This document shows, piece by piece, positions 26,001 to 39,600 of a stretch of DNA of 64,000 nucleotides. Origin of the DNA: Tubulanus polymorphus (Eukaryota; Animalia; Nemertea); contig NC_134025.1 of assembly GCF_964204645.1 (NCBI RefSeq), positions 868,001 to 932,000 of the forward strand. Reading direction: 5' to 3'. Position numbers and translations under genes: made by a program. Below the pieces are notes generated by a model, which saw only the letters and a list, made by a program, of their open reading frames with translations, did not search any database and had not been told where the DNA came from. How positions within the stretch are numbered: the stretch's first letter is position 1; each line of letters opens with the position of its first letter.

Positions 26001-29000
26001 AAGTTACAGTCAAGTTTAGACTGAATTACCTGAACTATAAGCCATAAGCGTATCTCTAAAATTGATTTCTCGTTTAGTAATATCGATATCGCAGCTAGGT
26101 TGACCTAGTTTATTACTGGTAAGAGCGTTGTTAGGTAGACGAGTACTGCTCAATGCTTGAGGTGACGACGAGACTGTTGTATTACGTGATTCAGAGAGAA
26201 CACTTCGACCGCTAGTCACAGATACAGGAATAGATTGAACCGAATCGGAGTCGTCTTCGTGAATCTGAACCTTTAACACCTGAAACACAATCAAATCATT
26301 CATTATCACTAAACTGATTGCGCTGGAGTTGTGTTTGTTTGTGTGGGAGACCGAGACGGTTCAGAGACTTGAGTCAATTTACAGCTGATAAAACTGTTAC
26401 TGTAATTAGTGAAGCATACTTTAACATGGTGGCAACTTTTATTCGACTCGGTTTTTCCGGGAATTTTCTCTGAAAGTTTACCTTCTGAGACGAGGCACAT
26501 TTAACAATTACTTCACCCATCCACGGTAGAGCTACTCTCCGGAATAATAGCGATGAACTAGGACTGATACAAACTAACGTATTACTCCTACAAATATACA
26601 AGAATTACAAATACATAAAACACAATATTAAAAACACGCCGTGAATGGAAACAAACTGATTGTTATATTTCAAACCTTGGTGGAATTGAACCTTCTTCAT
26701 TTGTCACTTCTAATTTAGTTCCGGGTAAAAGTAATTCATATCTGAAATATAAACATAGTTTTTATTAATGGATTTTCTGAGGGATTCAATATAAACTCAT
26801 TTACTGATTAGAGTTTATTTACCTCTGAATCTCTGCTGAATTATTGATAATCTCAAATTTTTTTGGTGAAGATGTCTTCGATAGTTTCAGCACGAGATAT
26901 TCTGGTTTTATCGACCATTGATTGGCGGGTTCTGGAGGAGTTAATGACCGACGCTTTCTGAATAAAGCCGGAGTTCCTTTCACCGGAGGAGTCGGAGGAC
27001 TACAATCAAATAGTATCAATATCTATCACTAACCACAACATACAAGCAGTTTTATTGCATTATATGAAATATTTCAAATTTGTCTACTGCAATTCATGTG
27101 ATGACCCGTGAGAAGTGCTAGCAGTCTACTGTAGATCAGAGGCATGCACACAGTCTACTGTAGATCAGAGGCAAGAGCATGCAGTCTACTGTAGATCAGA
27201 GGCATGCACACAGTCTACTGTAGATCAGAGATAGAACAGATATCTCAGTGTTTGATAACTCACCATCTCGTTAACTTATCGTCACTAGTTTCATTTAAAC
27301 TGCTGATATTTGCAGGTTGTTGTGATGATGGAGATGTTTCTATTTTACGGTTCGTCATTCGACTCGTGGTGTCTCGCTGTTTTTTATAAGGAGGTTCTCC
27401 TAGAACCCTCACCGCTATCTTAAACATGTTTTGGAAGAAGAAATCGGGAGTCATCAGATTCTCTACACATTCACCTTCTACAAATAGAGAACAGAGATTT
27501 CAGAGATTTTAAACATATTTTCTGGACTTGTTTCTCGTGTTTAAACATCATAATGAATGTTAAAATACCTTCTTTAATCAGTTCTTCACCGGAATAATAC
27601 ACATCGAAGTTTACAGATTTAATGATGCTGTTCGTATCAATGTTACTAGTTCTTTTATTGCTCGGTTTTTTTCCTTTCAACATCGACCTGAAATCAGTTC
27701 ATCAGATCATCATTAACTAAACTAAAATAAACTTCAACAACTAATTCACATCATTTCGAACTAACCGCCTGTATTGTTGTCTTAAAATCTCATCGCCGTA
27801 GAAAAACCCGATGGTTCCGACGATATTCTGTTTATCGAGGCAGAGAGCTTCCTCTCGGGAACTCGGGATAAATATCACCATTATAGTCTACAAATCAACC
27901 AATCAAACAATCAATCAACAAATCAATCAATCAATCAATCAATGTGTGTGTGGTTTTTGAATGTTTTTACCTTAGCTTCTCTTTCTCTGAGGATGAACTC
28001 AGATGGTTGAATTACGAGACGATCGCTAGAGAATGGAACTGTCATCTGGAGATCTAAAATCACATTATAACCATCATCAATATTCAATAAGGGCAGAGGA
28101 GTGAGAGGAGAGTGAGAGGAGAGTGAGAGAGGTGAGTGAGAGGAGAGAGGGAGAGGTGAGTGAGAGGAGAGAGGGAGAGAGGTGAGAGGGAGTGTGAGAG
28201 GGAGAGAGGTGAGAGGGAGTGTGAGAGGAGAGAGTGATAGGGAGTGTGAGAGGAGAGAGGGAGAGAGGAGAGAAGAGAGAGGGAGAGTGAGAGGAGGGAG
28301 AGTTAGAGGAGAGAGGGAGAGTTAGAGGAGAGAGGGAGAGTGAGAGGTGAGTGAGAGGAGGGAGAGTTAGAGGAGAGAGGGAGAGTTAGAGGAGAGAGGG
28401 AGAGTGAGAGGTGAGTGAGAGGAGAGAGGGAGAGTGAGAGGAGAGAGTGAGAGACGAGTGAGAGGTAAGAGGAGTGTTTACCCGAGAATCCTAAAGCTTT
28501 AATAAATGCAGCTCTGTCACCGATATTCTGTATAACCATTTTTGTCACGTTATTCGCTCCCTCCAACATTTCTCCGACTTTAATCCAATTTTGTCGGACT
28601 CCATTTTCTTCTTCTCCGATTACGATTTCGCTTTTACCTCCGTGACCGATCAGAGGAATCTACAGAAATAAACAACAAACGTGTGATCGATCAGAGGAAT
28701 CTACAGAAATAAACAACAAACGTGTGATCGTGAAGTAAAGTAGAGGGGTGGACGAGACAGAGCTGATCGTCATGTTAGAACCGTGAGCGGAGAAGAGAAA
28801 AACTTACCGAGTATTTATACATAGAACCATCTCGTTTAATGTGTAACTTAGTGAGGAATGAAGTGATTGCTGTCGGTTGAAACATGATCTCAACCGGTAA
28901 ATCCTGCATCGGTTTTAAAACGATCGTTCGATTGCTGGATAAAACCTCTTTCCCCGCGGCCGATGAACACAGTATTTGAAACTCGGCGAAGTGTTGTTTG

Positions 29001-30633
29001 ATAACGAGGTTGTATTTACGACACGAGTTCGAAGTATTTCGTAAAACCAGTTTCTGAGGCCTGAAAACAAACATTAAACACAATCAATTCCCTTCTTCAA
29101 TGAGTACTCCGCAATGTGCGATATTCGACTTCTTCTCAGATTCAATTAAATTTCATCTGGTGAAATAGCTGGTACACAGACCTGCCAACCTTGTATCTGA
29201 CTAAATCAGAACAATTTCACACATTATCAGTAATTTTTGCAGCACCTCATTTGACTTCACTTTGATGATCTATGAGGCCCTATTCTAGACAAGGTAAACA
29301 AGTCTGTATTGTTTTCTAGTAGACAAGTTACTCTCCATCTTTACTAGCAGAAATCATATGAATAGTTTAGTTTTGTTAGAATAGTTTTTGAATAGAGTCA
29401 TTTCCTAAACTGCTCGCTTAGGTTTTTCTTACAAAAACTCTTCCAGTATTTATTACCCCCGGTAAGTAACTTACATGTTTTTGCCGATAGAAAGTCCGCC
29501 CCACATGAGGAAACTACGATCGCAGAGTAACGTCGGACCTCCCTCTCCGGTGAGTCGATCATCTCGACCGATCACTTCACCGGTTACATTAATCTCATAC
29601 GCAGCACCATCCGGTTCAATACACATAAATATCGTACTGAAAAACAATAAATATCAGATATAAGAGTTACAGAAGACCCGAGGGGAATGAAATATCAGAT
29701 ATAACTAGAGCTCGAAGCTGTCACAGATGAGCGGGGTAGGATGAAACTAGGGCTCCAAGCCATCAAAGAGAGGGGGTTAGGATTAAATATCAGATTTAAC
29801 TAGGGCTCCAAGCCATCACAGAAGAGAGGAGGTAGGATGAAACTAAGGCTCCAAGCCGTCGAACACCATTGCAGGAAGTAGTACTACATGGTCAGCACTC
29901 TAATGATAAACGCCCCCTGGTGAATATAAAGAGAAACTAACCATTCATATTGTTGTTTTCGGCCGTCGTTGATTGGTTGGAATTTAACGGTAGCCTCACC
30001 GTCGTGTCCAGGTGGTATGATTAAACGCGACGGATTTACTTCGAATATATCCGAATGATTCGATAAACTCAACTGTAAATTAATATCGATATTACCAGCG
30101 TTCCTGAACGGAACTGTCTGAGTACTACACTGATTATACCCGGCCTTCATCTGCAGATTCTACAATTGATCAATCAATACAGAATTATAGTCACAATTTA
30201 GGTATAAGTTGCAGATGATGTTGTGGATCAGTGTCTAACCTGCATTCCTGATGGTATATGTAATTTAGATGTAACTAATAAAGCTTTCAGACTGATTGTA
30301 TTCAGTGGTTTAGGCGTCGATGGAGTATCCAATTCTACGCTCAGTATCGACTCCACAATCTCTGGAGGAGTACTTGAACTCACTGTAAAAATACATTTAA
30401 ACTAATTCATTAACCATCACCAGGGTCCGGTTTCACAAAACATTTTTACTAAAATTTCAGGTTAATAAGTTGCTATTAATCACTTTGTATGTTCAATTAG
30501 GATAATAATTCAAACGATTTAAGCATTAACTATTTTCATTTATTTTCATTAACTATATTCAGCCATGGTGTAAACAGATTTATCTGTCAGATGAGCGGTT
30601 GATCCGAAAATGGGCACTTCATCGCAAATTATA

Positions 30634-30683
<50 letters not shown>

Positions 30684-33600
30684 CTTACCTCTATCGTGAT
30701 GTTTTTCGGGAGCTTTGAAATAAACGACCACCTGAACCGGGTCCCCGGCAGCTGACAGTTCAGATCGACCTTTCAGTGTACAGTTTATAACTGATTTACT
30801 CGCGGTATGAGATGATACGATATCGGACGAACGTTCAAATGAGAAACACGGCCAGATTGCTTTAGTCTGTCAAATATATACAAGCATCATAGTTCAATGA
30901 ATAAGAGCTGATACAGTTTAAAACTCAGAACCCAGTTCCTAAGTTCTTGCTTTGAATAGAGAAAAAAACATTGCAAATGAACTAATTTCAACTAAAAGAG
31001 TGAAATTTAGCCAAAAACTATAAAAGTGGGTCTTGAATTGTGAAGATTTAGATTATTTCATTACTTACCATAATAACGAGTCTTATAGGAACAGCTGATT
31101 GACCTCTATTGACTAGAACTAAAGGTTTTTGATCGTGTGAACCCCAACTTCTCTGACCGAAATCCATCATCAGATCATCGCTTAATACCTGCATAAAATA
31201 TATACAATAGACATATTCATCCTTCACTTCATTTCACTGCTGTAAAACGCAAACTTTCTTTTACTAAAAATTTCATATGTTTGACAGGTGAATTTTAACT
31301 GATTAATTATATGTACAGACTTTAATGCCGGATCGACGCCGTGAAAGGGTTAACATTTTACCTGCACATTAGGAGATTCGGCGACTGCCTGTAAAGTGAC
31401 CATTCTCGGTAACTTCTGCTGTAGGACGGACTCGTTACCCCCGACGGGACTCACTAAAACATGGACATGGGCTACAAACACTCCGGCATGATTCGGCATA
31501 AATACAACCTATAAATAATACATGAGATTATAGAACGCGATCTGTTTAGAGTAGGAGGGGAGGAGGGGGTAGAGGGGGTTGAGGGGGAGGAAATACGCAC
31601 CCTTAATTCATCCGTTGTTGTCGGTTCAATAACTGCTTTCTGTTTGACGATGAACGGTGAAAGTTGAACGTCGCGTTCAACGCCATCTATATTCAAACTA
31701 ACGATCGTTAAACTACATTGTAACCATTGACGACTCGGGTTGAAGAGCGGTAGAGTTGTCTGAGCGGAGAATCCGACGCAGCAGACATCTTTGAAACATA
31801 GTTCACCGGGAGCTTCAATCTGAGGACTCGGGATCGTAGCAGGCGCTCCGACCAACTCATCATTTATACCATTGAATAAACCTGAAATAATTATGACACA
31901 TAATAAACACTGTTCGTGTTCAATACTAATTTACTGATGAAATTAATGCAGATTTAATTAATAAATTTGCTTGTAGAAATGAATTTTGATGGGATACATG
32001 ACATGTGAATTAGATATATCAGTATTCAGTTGAATATTTCTCAGAATGGATTTATTTCCAATAGTTAAATGAGAATTCAGAACAGTATAACCGACTAATG
32101 GGCAATTAATGTCTTAATACTACAGGTTTAGAATTTGGGGATGAAAGAAAATAGCTTTTAATCTTGCATGTTGGGCTATTAGCATTTATAAATTTGTGTC
32201 TGAGCAGTGAATTCACTATACAACTATATCACAATGACCCTAGGTCAGGTGACTTCTGTGACATCACAGCCACTCATGACAAGCAGCTAACCCTAACCCT
32301 AGGTCAGGTGACCAGTGACATCACAGTCACTCATAACTAGCATCTAACCCCAACCCTAGGTCAGGTGACCAGTGACATCACAGTTACTCATGACAAGCAG
32401 CTAACCCTAACCCTAGGTCAGGTGAAAAGTGATATCACAGCCAATCAAAACTCTAGCCCTAGGTCAGGTGACTATGGGTGGCTACCATAGTAACAGGCCA
32501 GCCAATCAGAACTAAGCCTTCACATACATAGTACATAGCTTATGTGACCTTGACACCAATTCATAAACAAACTATAGGCTTTATGAATGAACACAGTAGT
32601 CACTGGTTTCATTGAGTCCTTTACAAATAATCAATGTTGAACAAAACAAAACTCATTGAATGAAATAGATCAGTTAAATTGACAATTAGATTGGATAGAT
32701 TGTAAGATCTCTAGTAACAGAACAATTCTACAATTGATGATCATTTTATCACTGTTTTACTGAGGATCTGTCAAAATAACAGACTCAATATATCATCAAT
32801 TCTACATGTAATTAAGATTATGAGTTAAACACATTTCGGGGATTCAACTGGACAATCCTAACGGATTTTTTGAATCCCCCGACAAACGTATGATATAACG
32901 TTATAACCTGTTGTCTTTGTATTATAAATTATCATAGGTTTGTCAAATAAATGAAACTGAACACTTACGTATTCTGGGATCATGAGTATTATACGCTACT
33001 GCTGCTGCTGCTGTAGTGGGTAGCTGCTGCGGCTGCTGCTGGTTGATAGCTGTAGAGTATGAATCATGAGATTGAGCTCTTCCTCTCATATAAACTGCAG
33101 CCCATTCACAGTTTGTAGAATATTCGGCTGTAGGTCTCTGTGACGGAGGGGGCGGGGCTGTTTCCGTGCTGATATAACGAGGTGCTGTACGAGACGACAT
33201 GATTGGTGGATATCGCGCTGTATTATGGACGGATGAAAGATAAATCTGATTGTTGTAAATACCCGTTAGATTCGGTGCGAGAGTCGATACCGGATTCGCT
33301 AGATGACGATTGGTTAATAACGTTGGCACTGCGGAACCGTGTCCGGCGATAAATCCAGGATTACTAACACTAGGAGTAATAACCGCAACTCCCGGAGTAA
33401 TCGAAGACTGAACCAGTGGAGTAATGTTCTTTATTCCGGGATTATTAGCCGAAGATGTAGGGTTGGGTTTAGTTTGATCTTTCCACGCTAGATGGCGCTC
33501 AGATCGAGGTATCTGTTCCGATTGGTCGGTAACTGTCTCTTCCAGGTGGAATTTTGGCACTTGTTTACGCGATTGTTTATTGACGGTGGCGCCCCCTGGT

Positions 33601-36600
33601 TTCGACTCATCCTCCATCGATAAACTACGACCAGTCGCGGCCGGTTGAGGGTTAACGTCATTCCCGGGATCTACGCAATCTGAACTAAAGGTGGCTCCAC
33701 CTGGATGAGTGAAGTTAGTTATATTTGACGGCATGTCGCCGGTTTCATCTGATTTACCGAGTAAACCCATCGGAGTACTCGATAATCTCGGTCCTCGTTG
33801 CGTCCGGCGTTCAGTAGTAGTTAGTCTAGGAGTAGTAACCGTGGTTGTCGTCGGTGATAGATCCGTTTGTTGACTATGAAAACCGCTGGTCATGTCGTAT
33901 CTATGAGAATACTTTGTATCAGCCTCAGTGCTGTCGAGCGGCGCCCTCTCTCTTCCATCCGGTGAATCGGGATGATTAACCCGTGAATATAGAGAACTAG
34001 GTCGAGGTGTTTTCCAAACTGGTGGCGTCCCCGAATTCGAGTCAAAGTCACCGATTTTTGGTTGAATGTTGTCGTCGTTAAGGAATTCTAGACTTCGTCT
34101 ATTGCGGGGAGGTGAATAGAATGTCTGTTTGTTTATTCCTGTTTCGTCTGAAGTTTTAACAGATGATGATTTTCCATCTCCAGATTTCATTTTATCAAAC
34201 TGTGTTCCTGCAGTTTTCAATCCTTTCTCATCAATTGCTTGTTGATCTGTTGTCCTCGACAACCTGTTCGTTCTTCTGTCAGAGATACCTGATAATCTCG
34301 AATCAGTTGCGATAGGTTGTCTAGATCCTGCCTCTCTTTCAGAATTACTACCCGTAGACAGCCTACATTCTTCTCTCTTATCCGTGGATGAAGATACAGT
34401 TCGTCCAGTGGTTGATGCAGATCTATTCAAGGTTAAAGATTTTTCAGCTTCAACAGAAGAGTCGAATCTTCTATTAGCAGATCCTCTTGATGACCTAGTG
34501 CTGCCATCTACAGGTCGTCTGCTGAACTCACTGGATAGCCTGGTGCCCCCATCTATAAGACGTCTGTTGGGTTCTGAGGTCTTAGTGCTGCCATCTACAG
34601 GTCGTCTGCCAGACTCACTGGATAGCCTGGTGCTGCTTTCAACAGGTCGTCTGTCAGGTTCAGAAGACCTAGTGCTGCCATCTACAGGCCGTCTACCGGA
34701 CTCACTAGATAGTCTGGTGCCGCTTTCAACAGGTCGTCTGTTGTGTTCGGAAGACCTAGTGCTGCCATCTACAGATCGTCTAATGTACTCGGTAGATGAT
34801 CTAGTGCTGCCATCTACACGCTGTCTGCTGGTCTCACTGGATAGCCTGGTGCGGCTATCTGCAGGCTGCTTGTCGGGTTCAGATGACCTAGTGGTGCCAT
34901 CTACAGGCCGCATACTGGGTTTAGTGCTACGATCTATTGATTGCTTACTGAGATCAGTAGAAGCAGACGATATTCTCGGTATCTGTGACGACGTCGATGT
35001 ATCGAGTGAAATATCTGATGATTGTTGACCTCCTGACGATTGTTTTTTTCTCGTTCTATTTGAACTGGTTCTACGCGGAGGACGAGATTTAGCGGCCGGT
35101 GTTTCCTCGTCGGATGAAGAGATGGCAGCACTGTCTGTTGATTTTAACGATCCTCTTCGCTGATATTTCCGAGTTGCCGGTGATTTTAATGTTTTATTGA
35201 TCTGATGATGTGAATGAATCGATGAATCGTTATTGATTCCTGAATCTGCGTCTGCTGTTCGATTCCTCTCATTGTTAACTGGTTTTTCTCTATTCCTTGC
35301 TGCTGCAGTATTATTAACGCCCGTTTTAGGTCGTGCTCCCATTTTATGAGTAGGTCTCGGGGACGCTGGACGATGACTCATTGATCTCTGCTGTGAGTTC
35401 TCCGCTGGACGATGACTCATCGATGTTTGCGGTGATTTCTCCACTGGACAATGACTCATCGATCTCTGCTGTGAATTCTCCGCTGGACGAGTACTCATCG
35501 ATGTTTGCGGTGATTTCTCCACTGGATAATGACTCATCGATCTCTGCTGTGAATTCTCCGCTGGACGATGACTCATCGATGTTTGCTGTGAATTCTCCGC
35601 TGGACGAGTACTCATCGATGTTTGCGGTGATTTCTCCACTGGATAATGACTCATCGATCTCTGCTGTGAATTCTCCGCTGGACGATGACTCATCGATGTT
35701 TGCTGTGAATTCTCCGCTGGACGATGACTCATCGATGTTTGCAGTGATTGCTCCGCTGTTTTATGATCGGACGTTGATATCTGCGCCGTATTACTCACAT
35801 TTCCCGCCACCAGGTGACGTTGCAGCTGTTTTTCCGAGCCGCGTTTCTTTTTCGAAGCGTTCTGCGACAATTTCATCAACATTTCCGTGTAAACTTCCGG
35901 TTTAGTCGTCGTGGAAACTGAAGCTATTAATTCGTCGATGGCCGATCGATTGATTGCGCCCGATCTACACATGAACGTAGAATCATCGACTTCATTACTA
36001 CTGATCTCACTGGTCGGTGTTAAACATCGTAACGACGAACTGTCGTTATTCTCATTCAATTCATTCATACGTAACGTTTTATCCGTTGATTCCTCGTTGA
36101 ATCGAGAACTCGTCGGAAAATCTTCCTCTAAAAACATTTCGCTTAGTTGTAATTTCTGTCTCAGGTTCGTCGTCGTGGTGATGCTTGTGGTCGTTGTTGA
36201 CGCGTCCGATATTTCAGAACGAACTTTCAATGTGGAATCTGTGAAGAGAATAAACATCTTTCAATACATCACGAGATATCACATGACTTGGAACATCCAG
36301 AGTGACCGCCACTTTTATTTGACTTGCTTTTTCCCTGACTATTTTATATTCTCTGACATGCACGTGTTTTCTCTGACTTGATCTGCTAAGAATCCAATCA
36401 GTTAACACAGTCAAATACGCAAGACATTGACGGTATAGCAATCTCAACAAATTTCCCAGATTTGCAGGTAAATGGCCACCGTGTCATGTGGGACACACCA
36501 TAACCTGAGGCAATTGGCTCTGCAGGGTAACAAGCAGGGCAATCTATTGTACCGGTAACATTTTTTCTAATCTTCTTAGCGAAAGTTCTTGAGTTACGAG

Positions 36601-39600
36601 TTTTTGAATTCAGTGAGGACCGATAACTTACCATCAGCGTCACTAGCTACGCTACCAACACCTGCACTCCTGACCTCTGATTCAGTATCAGCAGTCACCT
36701 CTTGTATATCGCTCAATTCTTTAGGAGACGTTTTAAACAACGCTACAGTCCTTCGTTCGGCCGGTGGTGTGATTATATTCTCACCGAAATCGGGCTGAAA
36801 ATAAATCAATCACAGTTGTTCTGATTAAACACTTCCGTCGCTCAAAAGATGGTTAGATGAGGACAAGTACTGGTTACAATTTCAATTGTCACTATGTCAA
36901 CTATCCACCAAGCAACAATTATCAAACTGGATCTGAAAGTCAAAGTTTGAACTTACACGAGTAACGTTGGAATCTCCGTCTAATGATCCTAATGCTTCAG
37001 TTCGGCAGCCCATAAACGCACCGACAGATATACGCATAAACGGATTACTGGATTCATCCGACAACCAGGACGGTCGTAAAATAGTCGCTTCCGTTTTTAA
37101 ACTCCAGTTCGAACAACTCGACGTCAGCGTACGAGCAGCTACCATATCCTCCTTAATTACAACAATTACTATCAGTTAAACACCCGTAAATCATTTCAAA
37201 TAATTGAAATTAATAACCACATTTCAGAACTCAGTTCCACATTTCAAATGTCGAAAACATTGGAAATAGCTAATTTGAAGTGTGGAGTGAGTACTGTTAA
37301 ATACCAGTAAACATTTCAAATTCGAAAGCATTCGAAATTAATAACCACTTTTCTGGTCTCTGTTCCACATTTCCAATGTTAAAATATCAGGGAAACAAAC
37401 TATGTAATTTAAAGTGTGGAGTGAGAATAGTGGAACCGAGTCGTGATCTATGGAAGGTACCCGGATCCTGTTACAAACCTGACTGAAAATATTGTCTTCT
37501 TGGAATTTAATTTCATGTTCTTTCATCATATCATTCGCTTCAGCTACAAAATACACGATAATCCATTAACAAACTGAATGAATATTTCAACTCAAACGTC
37601 AACAATCTTTCTCCTCACCAGTTCCAAAGAATTCCTCGTCGTCGATGTCGAGATTATTTTGAATAAATCCGTCTAAATCCGATCCTAATCCGCCGTGATA
37701 ATCCGGAGCACCAGGAAACGATGTTTGTAACGCGAGATCCAGTGTAGTTTCTGTATAACCTGTATAAACACGGTTCATCTGAGCTTATTTTGAACGAATG
37801 AAATTCTTCAAATTAAATTAAAGTTGTTTAGTAAAACACTGACCTGTATCTGGTGCAACTCCTCTCACAGCTGTTTCAGGTGCTGCTGCTGCTGCTGCTG
37901 TTACAGGCGCTGCTGCTTGTAACGACTGTTTCAATTGTTCTGGTTGAGTTCCGAATAAACCGGAATCATGAGGCGTTCCAAATAAACTAATACTATCGGT
38001 TATATCAGCAGGTTGATTCATTGAATCGAATATTGCGCTCTGATGATTCCACTGTGCAGATTCTTGGCCGAATAAACTTTCTGAAGTATTTTCTTCAACC
38101 TTTAAGAATGATTCACGAGAATAAGATAAGAGTTTAATTCAAGTTGTCACAATAACTGAAGTTGCCTCTAGTTTCATTTGCATTAATATAACATCCATAT
38201 ATTTTACTTACGAGCGCCGGTGAATTATTATCAGGTAAATTGCTCGATCTATTGGTGCGTACAGTGGCTCCATCTGTTTGATTCATTACATTCGATAAAT
38301 CAAATGAACTGCGATCCGTCTGCCAGGATGAACGACCTTCATCAGTCTGCCACGAAGGTCGAGATGTTCCAGATATATCCAAATTCGAAGCCGGACGCAA
38401 GAACTGAGAATCTAAATGAGATTCGGCTTCCAGACCGTTCAGCCAATCAGCGGCAGTTGCGCCACCTGGTACCGGTCGATCTTCAGCTACGAGCGCATCG
38501 GAGAAACGTACCTGTCGACCACCACCAGGTGGCGTACGTTCAGTTAATACTCCGTCCTCGCCTACCGGTCGCACCCGTGGCTGAGCATCGGGATCATCTT
38601 CTATAAACGGACGGTGATCAGCAGCAGTATCGCTATAATTAATAATAACATCGCTATAATCAATAATAACATCGCTATGATTAATAATAACATCGCTATA
38701 ATCAATAATAACATCGCTATAATTAATAATAATACATCATCACAATCACAGTACAGCCGACTAGCGGTGCTGCCACCTACCTGCCACTACTACCATCACC
38801 ACCACATCCACCGTCTCCTAACACCGGTGACACAACTACATCACCTTCAGCTGATTGTCTCATCTGTAATCTGTGAACTAGATCTAATTCATCCGAACTT
38901 CCACCTTCCAAACCTATCAAATATCAAACACACAATGAATACTGCGAGTTAAAATACATTCATTTTCATTGAGTCAAATGTAAACTCTGAACCATAGAAG
39001 CAGATCTCAGATGTTAAAGCTTTTAACAATAAATTTCGAGTTTAACTATGGCTATCCCGACTACGTACCTGGCCGATTGTGCTGTAAATTACGATCATCC
39101 TCACTTGCGCCAGGAGTATCCTGTCTTTCTGCCATTTCCTATAAAATACACATCAAAATAAACATCTATTCAAGAAAATTGAGTAATAGACTTAGTTCCA
39201 CAGCTGTGAGTTCAAATTTAACTCATTGCAAATAAACTAATTTCAACTCGTGAGTTTATCCTGAACTCATAGATATTGAACTGAACGTAGGTTTTATATT
39301 TACCATCCTAGCCGCTGCTATTTCATCTTCTGTGTCGATTTCACTGCTGTTCGGAAGCCCGTCTAGAAAATAAATCATTAAATCATGTCATTGATGTCTC
39401 TCTATGGCTGACAAATGATTGTTTATTTTAATACGTACTGGAGAATGGAATTGAAGGTCTGTTAGATAAACCACGCTGGAATAAACCACTAGGAGCTGCT
39501 GAAATAATATCAAACATTTAACTCATTGAGATATTGACCGAACTCATTGAGATATTGACTAAACACATTGAGAGATTGACTAAACACATTGATATATCTA

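Noticed and set aside
34384-36381. + strand ORFs of 214, 174 and 156 aa
   Set aside because: Antisense shadows of the repetitive large CEP192 exon.
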